DNA of 64,000 nucleotides, from positions 1 to 64,000 of the forward strand of contig MU008190.1 of the NCBI GenBank assembly GCA_010909165.1, read 5' to 3'. Both the position numbers and the translations under genes were made by a program. This document shows positions 57,301 to 64,000 of this stretch, in pieces. The stretch comes from Anthoceros angustus (lineage: Eukaryota; Plantae; Anthocerotophyta). Under the pieces are notes generated by a model. The model ran no database searches. It was not told where the DNA came from and saw only the letters and a program-made list of their open reading frames with translations. Numbering within the stretch: the stretch's first letter is position 1; each line of letters starts with the position of its first letter.

Positions 57301-57766
57301 TTGGTGCACCAATGATTCCATGACTATAACAGCTTCCCGAAGACGTCCCTCCTCACATAGTTTCCTCAAATCTCCTACGGTGCCTCCACTTCCTGCCACG
57401 CTGCTGAGTGGTAAGTGATCCACAACCTCCCAGACCCTGACCACGAACGTCGTGCGACTCTCTCGTACGTCTCACACAACAGTCTATATCTGCAACTGGA
57501 AACTCGTACCTCAAGCCTTCAGAGTTCTGGGATTGCTTAGATGTTCCTTGTCCTCTATGTATTTCGGGCGAGCCAGCGGAACCGGAAATTGACCGGGCTT
57601 CCTCTCCTCCCCCTCCTCCAGGCCAGGTTCTGTTGCTGTTGGCTGAAAAAGCCATCCACGGGCTCATCCGGTGCAAGTCACCTGCAAAACGCAGCCTTCG
57701 AGCTACCGCTTCGATTGAAAGATTTCTCCAGACAGCCATCCTCGCCCCATGGCGGACATCCGCCAT
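54328..57766 (-). CDS. PLS-class pentatricopeptide repeat protein with E/E+ tail, no DYW; exons 57766-57510 and 57436-54328
   Basis: Repeated P-L-S triplets (SWNxMIxGY, TFxSILKAC, LIDMYxKCG); E domain HYACMVSLLGRAG...AYIIMSNIYAAAG; KEPGRTWVE then a stop before DYW. A 73-nt intron joins an Arg-rich targeting-like exon in frame. Confidence 0.93.
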
Positions 57767-58154
57767 TGTAGGCGCATATCAACGGCAGAGCAATGCCGTT
57801 GCAAATTTCCGGACACCCTCGTAGCTCGAACGTTCAACCCACTCACTTGGCAACAATATCTTGGCAGGGCTGTGCAGCTGGAGGCTACCTATGTTGAGCA
57901 TGGGCTCAGACCTGCTCCAGTGCTGGAATCCATGTCTGGATGTGCAAGATGGTATGACCGGCAATATTCTCAAATCCACGAATTCATACTTATATTTTTT
58001 TGACCCGCAGATTCATCCTTTCCGCATGAAGGCTAGGTTTGAAGTGTAATGCATACGAGCCATTTCCGTGATTGGTGCTGGAGAGTGCAGAATTTTCTGC
58101 ATATTGAGTTGAAATTTCAATGCTGCACAAATTTGTGGGATGGGAGTGAGAAGG

Positions 58155-60733
58155 TCACATACTAATGCAATGACTATCAGACATTGTCATGATCATTTGT
58201 AAGCTTGTGCGGAGGACTTGGATGCTGTGACTAAGCCCCTTGCGTTTGTCTGCCAAAGCAGTATCTTCCCCCATGACGGCTTCCATGTCGACGTTTGGTG
58301 AAGAGATTTGAGATAGTTTGTCTTGAACCCCTTGCACCATGGTTTGCTGCAGAGCATATTTTATCTCGTGAGGAAGTGCATCTGCAATCCTTTTTTTGAC
58401 CACTGCCCAGTAAGCTGCCAGAGACACCTTGATGTCCAGTGCTGTCTGCAAAGCGGAAACTGTGCCATTAGATGTGACGCACAGGCACACACTAATGTTG
58501 CAGGCGTATCTCTCCAGATAGCATAACGTCAACACATCTCAAGTACCTGATGCTCTGCGTCCGTCTTTGAGTGGCTTGCTTCCGTTGGATCGATTTGTCC
58601 AAGGACTTCGTCATTGAGTATGCTGGTGCCACACTGACATTGTGAATATCCTCGAACTCCTGTCTTGGTAGATTCAAACTTCGATTGTGCTGCTCGAACA
58701 ATTTCCATGTAGAGCTTGTTCCGGGTGTAGGTTACTTCCCTCTCCTTGGAGAGCATGTTTTCCATAAATTTCTCGCACCTTTCGCGGCACTCCTGAATCA
58801 CGTTACGCGCCAGCGGTTGGCTCATCTGACGCAAACGAGGATATGCTTCTGTGCACTTCCCGATCACCTGAGCAACCAGACATGCAGAAGACAGTCAAAT
58901 ACAAGTCCCTAAACCCATCACTGATCACTCATCCATAATTTTCAGGGCTGTGAAATTAGGAACAGATCATCGAAACAATTTACCTGCATCTGCACAGTTT
59001 CTGCGTAGTCGTGAGCCTCCTTCACGAGTGTTGCACACTTTTCGGATATCCCATCAAGCTCCTTGCGGAAGAGGGTTCTGAAAAGGTGAGCTGGAAGAAA
59101 ATTCGCTAGATTAACTCCTTTGCTCTCCGACATGAGCGCCACGATCGCTTTTGTGTTCGCTTTCTCCATCAGCTTCGACCCGGAATTCTCCATGAAGCGA
59201 GTGAATCCTGGCACATTACGACAGGGTCACATCTAACACATCAATGGACCGATGTCTGACGTTAATGAACTCGGCAGCACCAACCTGCAAACAAGTCATC
59301 CAGCCTTGCAGTGTAATGCAACTCGTGTTCAGGATGGTCTTCGAAATTGCCACGGATAACAAGCTGCTTCAAAATATCGGTCCTGCCCATTATGAACGCC
59401 ATAAAAGCCTGGGAGGCATTTTCCATCCTGGGAGGCAATGCGGCCAGCTCTTGCTCTTTCGACTTGACTTCTGTTAGTAAATACATCCAAGTTGAACACG
59501 AGATTGCAAAGTGTGAAAACGATAACCATGTTTGCAAGCAGCCCGCGATAGGACGATTTGTACTAGTGTAAAACACAACGGAATTTACTTTTCTCGATCT
59601 GTTCGATGATGGTTGGTAGGCATCGTGCGATGCTGTTGGCCTGGATCTTGGTCAGACGGTCAGAAAGGGCAGGAATGCCCACGATAGATCTGTCCAGCTT
59701 GGACAAGAGCTCATGAGACTTGAAAAGCTTTTTCTCAGCCTGTCTGGCTTCTTCGTGGGTCTCAGCATCTGCAACCCTGTTGCGCACACAAATGTAACCA
59801 AGGCCAATTTTGACTGCGTTGGTTGTGACTTTCTCCAAGAGACCCTCAGGAGTCTGGTCGACCTGGCCACACGCACGAAAAGTTTCATGAGACTCACTGG
59901 AAACAAGTCAGGAGGAGTCCACAAGAGTTACGATTTCAAGCAAGAAGCGGGTGACGGATTACCTTAGTCACCACAGCCAGTGTCCTTTGGCCAGCTTTAT
60001 CCGCCAGCTGAGACATTCTGATGGACTCGCAAGTCGGAAAGTCGACGTTTGCTGAGAGCACATTCAAGATGATCGTATCATCGGGAGTGATATATTTTCG
60101 GATGATGGCGGCGATCTGCTGGTAGATGTCCTCCGGCTGTCCGAAGACAGGGACCCTTGTTATGCCCGGCAGATCCACCATAGTCAAATCCGGAGCATTC
60201 GCTTTCCGGATGTGCAGAGAGATCGGCTTGGAGGAGATCCTTTTGCCGGTTCCAGCCACCTTATTTTGTGCTTCAACGACGGCCATTTCGATCTCAGATT
60301 CTGTAATTTTTTTCTTGTGGCCGCCGTATTCAATTGTGATGCTTTCCTCTCCGCTGCAGTCCGAAGAACCCAAGTCAGCGGAAGTGCGATGCAAAGGGTA
60401 ATTGAAGCTAAGATTTCGAAGCTACCTTGCTTGGAGTCTGAGAACCAGCGGGGCCCTGGTCGCAATGCCCTGTCCCCGGGGCAAGCTGATACCAGCCAAG
60501 GACTCCAGGACACTGGATTTTCCGCTGGACTGATCGCCAATAACGACAATGGTTGGCAGGCTGACGCCTTCCTCCACGACCCCCAAATTGCGCAGTTTGT
60601 CGATGGTGTCCAGAATGGGCCGGATTTTGTCCTTGAACTTGGACTCCAGAGCGGTTGCATGCTGTCCTGAGCCGCCCTCAGGGACATCCCCAGGTGCAGG
60701 GGCGGCGCGCTTAGTCTCAGCAAAGGAAGTCAT
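58155..60733 (-). CDS. DRP4: Dynamin-related protein 4 (Mx-like GTPase), multi-exon
   Basis: [35 protein letters not shown]; [10 protein letters not shown]; [20 protein letters not shown]; RTLAVVTK; [11 protein letters not shown]; GED region [15 protein letters not shown]; ends SHCISM*. Confidence 0.93.
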
Positions 60734-61046
60734 TGGCAGGAGCGCACGGTTGCCTGACAGTGCAAGAAGTGGGTTGGGCGAGATTAGCAAGAATTATGTA
60801 AGAACTAGTGAGTCTGCGGGCCGAATTAATTCCCGCTGCTGCTGCCTAATCTCATCATCTCATCGAGGCCGGTGGGTCGTTGCTGCCGAGCAACAACCTA
60901 CCCGCCTCGATACCTGCTCACAGCCCTCAAGCACAGCATGATGGCAGTACTTAGCGGGTTGGTGTCTTTCAATAGCAACTTCACTTTGAGCCTGATGGAA
61001 TATGCCAGGAACTCAGCAAGAGCTTTATAGAAGAAGAAGAAGAAGA

Positions 61047-61231
61047 TGTATATTAAAGTCCATTATACATAGATGTGTAACAACAACATACAAATACACA
61101 GCAAAGTGCACTCAATCATATTTCTAGAACATAGTCTTAGGACCCTTATGTAGGGTGGAGAGCCATATCATAGTACTTATATGGCCTGAAGCATAGTTAT
61201 CAGTGAACCCTAAAACCTATTTATTCTAACA
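61047..61231 (-). repeat. Putative 3' LTR of the Copia element, preceded by a polypurine tract
   Basis: The minus strand reads aagaggaagaga|TGttagaataa...ctttaatataCA. The PPT/LTR-start segment is duplicated in tandem (~61220-61325). Confidence 0.5.
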
Positions 61232-61439
61232 TCTCTTCCTCTTAAAATTAGTTGTACTTTTTTTATCATTCTTTATTCTAACATCTCTTCCTCTTAAAAT
61301 TAGTTGTACTTTTTTTTATCATTCTTCCCTCTTCAATCTGGTCAGACACCTTGGCCTTCAATCTGGTCATACCGGAGGAACTCTTAAGTGGCATTAAAAA
61401 ACTTTAATGATAGTCAAGAACTCATTAGGGGAAAACCTG

Positions 61440-64000
61440 CCAAAAGGAAAACGCCATGCTTAGGAGTCTTCATGACACAAGTAAGCCTACTCTAGTCCTA
61501 AGACTCATTTGTTGAGATATCTTTTGTGGCTGTGGAAGTAGAAAATTGTTCAAACAAGGAATTGTGCGCAAATGTTGTACAAACTCATCGAACTTTGTTA
61601 AGGAAAGAACTTTGGTGAAACTATACGCCTTCATAGAATTGGCAGGTGTGTTCTGAAAATCGATCACGCCTTCTTTTGTCTTCTTGCGAACATAATGGTG
61701 TTGAATATCAATATGCTTCATGCGTTGATGAAACTCAGCATTATACGTAACTTTGAGACTACTCTGCCTATGTGTATACAAAATTGTAGATTGTGGCCAA
61801 GTTCTTATTAACAAAGTTCCTATTAAAGAAGTCACAACTAAACCACCTCCTTAGTAGCATGTGTGGTTGCCATATATCATGCCTTTGTAGAATAGAGAGC
61901 ATCAGTAGGTTGTGACTTAGTACTCCAACGAACAAGAGAATTGAAAACATAAAAAGCATATTCTGAAGTAGAACGACGAATCTCTTAATTGCTCCCAAAG
62001 CTTTCATATCAAAAACCCTAGAGAAAAAACGTTGAACCCAAAGAAAAACTTCACGTCAAGAGAAATTAAAATAAGATCATCAACATATACACCAATATAG
62101 ATATAAGAAGTCCCGTGTCACATGATATGAAACAGTATCAACACCGTTCTTGACAAAACCATTTGTAATATATTATATTGAACATAATGTGACTTTAAAT
62201 TCCAAGCTCGTGAAGCTTGTTTTAAACCATGTATAGACCTTTTCAATTTGCAAACCAAATCGGGTCGAAGTAAATGTTTCATATCATCATTAAACGCTTG
62301 GGGTTGTTCCATGTAAATTTCTTCATCCAGATCACCATTCAATGCATAACTTTCACATCCATCTGACATGTTCCAAGATTGAAGAAAGCATCCAAAGCAA
62401 GTAGAATACGAACAGAAGGAAATTTCACAACGGATGAAAAAGTTTGCTTATAATCAACATCTTTAACATGTGAATACCAATTAGCAAACCAATTGGACTT
62501 TATAACGCTCAAAGGACCAATCAGCATTATCAACAAAGTGAGTTCCACTCAATCTTGCAAAGCCTGCTCCCACAAAGACCACGGCGGTGAAGTCTGCATT
62601 TGATTGAGGCTAAGGAACAGTAGCTGAAATAAGACCAACAAGAGCATGATCATTATGAACATCATTTTGAGCATCATTATGAGAATTAGGGTCCAAAATT
62701 TCATTAAAAAAGTATTGATCATCATGATCCAAGAAGAAGAAGAAGAATTTTATTTAAGTCCACTAAGGACGGATTTCCGTCATGGGACTTGGTACTTAAC
62801 AACTTGTACCATGGTGTGCCTAAGCTACTTGCACCAAGGGCATCCACTCCCTTTAGGCACCCCATCTAAGTACCGATCCAAGCTCATGATGCTTAATCAC
62901 GGCGTAACAAAGATAACAAAGAAAGAAATGATCACGTGGCTGAGAAGAACAAACCGAGTCCTTCCAAGATAATTCAAAAAAATAACATCTCGACTTGAAA
63001 TAATTTATCGAGTATTTGGATCAAACAAACGATAACTCATGCGATTCTCATAATATCCGACAAAATTGCACTTAATGCTCCACTTTTCTTTTCTTCTGGA
63101 ATATGAGCAAACGCTACACATCCAAAAACACATAAATATGAAGAAGAAATAACCACCCCAGTCCACATTGCCTCTGGAGTTTGACCCATAAGAACATCAG
63201 AAACAACCATGTTCATAATGTAAACAGCTATTTGAACTGCTTGAACCCAAAAATCGGAGCCAAACTCTTATGAAATAACATACAACCAGCAGCACCAATA
63301 AGAATTTTATTTTTTATTTTTGCACGACCATTTTATTGTGGTGAGTAAGGAATAGTGGTCCGATGTTGAATACCAAAAGGAGATAAATAATTTCAAAATT
63401 CTGTTGAAGTATATTCACCACCATTAACATACATACAACCAGAACCACCAATTGATGTAGGTACATGAAAACCATAATATCAAGCCATTTGAAGAACCTT
63501 CCGTGGATGCACATGTATCAAATGCAGCGCAATAATTGCTACAAAGGAAACCCTAAATGATAACCAGCTTCATGTTCTCGAACTTCTGTGCAACTCAACT
63601 TATAAAGTCGTCCAAAACGTTGTTTGGAAACAACAATGTCTTGAGTAGAAACCAAAACATGATGCAAATACGTAATAGAACCATCAAACTGCACAACACC
63701 AATAGGTCCAACCTTCTCAATAAGGAAGGAGTAATCATCCTAAAGACATACTGCTGCCTATCAGAACAAGGTTTGAAACTTGAAAACCAATTTCGTCTTC
63801 CAGTCATATGCTGAGATGCACCAGAATCAATATTTTAATTCACCATCTGCACCACCGGCAGCACTCAACAAGGCAAGTAAAGAAAGGTATATAGACGACG
63901 GAGATATTGGAGCACCAGTAGGCTCCGGCTCCATAGTAACCAAATTAATTTGTGACTAACCAGAAACTCGAGGAAACTGACAGAACCGAACCATATGTCC
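61440..64000 (-). mobile_element. Degenerate Ty1/Copia retrotransposon (integrase, RT and RNase H relics)
   Basis: YNAEFHQRMKHIDIQHHYVR; LNGDLDEEIYMEQP...VCKLKRSIHGLKQASRAWN; DYKQTFSSVVKFPSVRILLA; integrase and SH3-like relics at 63000-63450. Many stops and frameshifts. Confidence 0.9.

Noticed and set aside
14966-60733. Functional immune gene cluster (MIN7, CHAT, VQ, DRP4)
   Set aside because: The genes are dispersed among unrelated housekeeping genes and TEs, with no evidence of co-regulation.

Overview
This is eukaryotic nuclear DNA from a land plant. Short (~70-110 nt) GT-AG introns, tight gene spacing, a PLS-class PPR gene and PTST/VQ/DRP4 families suggest a seed-free lineage such as a hornwort, but that is inference only. 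Bases 1-14.4 kb are nested transposon debris: LINE-like, CACTA-like, Gypsy-accessory-ORF-like, two Copia fragments, and a repeat- and hairpin-rich RNase H-like element. A gene-dense block follows: intronless BIG5/MIN7 ARF-GEF, intronless palmitoyl-protein thioesterase, organellar AspRS, PTST2-like, and a stand-alone UPF0176_N (STR7-like) ORF. At 29-37 kb lies a dynamic locus with an intact intronless CHAT (caspase-like) protease gene, a truncated paralogue, an inverted fragment, PPR relics and a young hairpin. After Harbinger and CRE-like relics come SDH2, a frameshifted VQ gene with a W-box palindrome, a damaged CCNDBP1/GCIP gene, a divergent four-exon SmD2-like gene missed by the ORF track, a PLS-E+ PPR gene, an Mx-like DRP4 ending in a CaaX motif, and a degenerate Copia element. 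Several frameshifts lie in homopolymers or GC-rich tracts and may be long-read assembly errors. All family calls come from motif recognition by eye; no searches were run.
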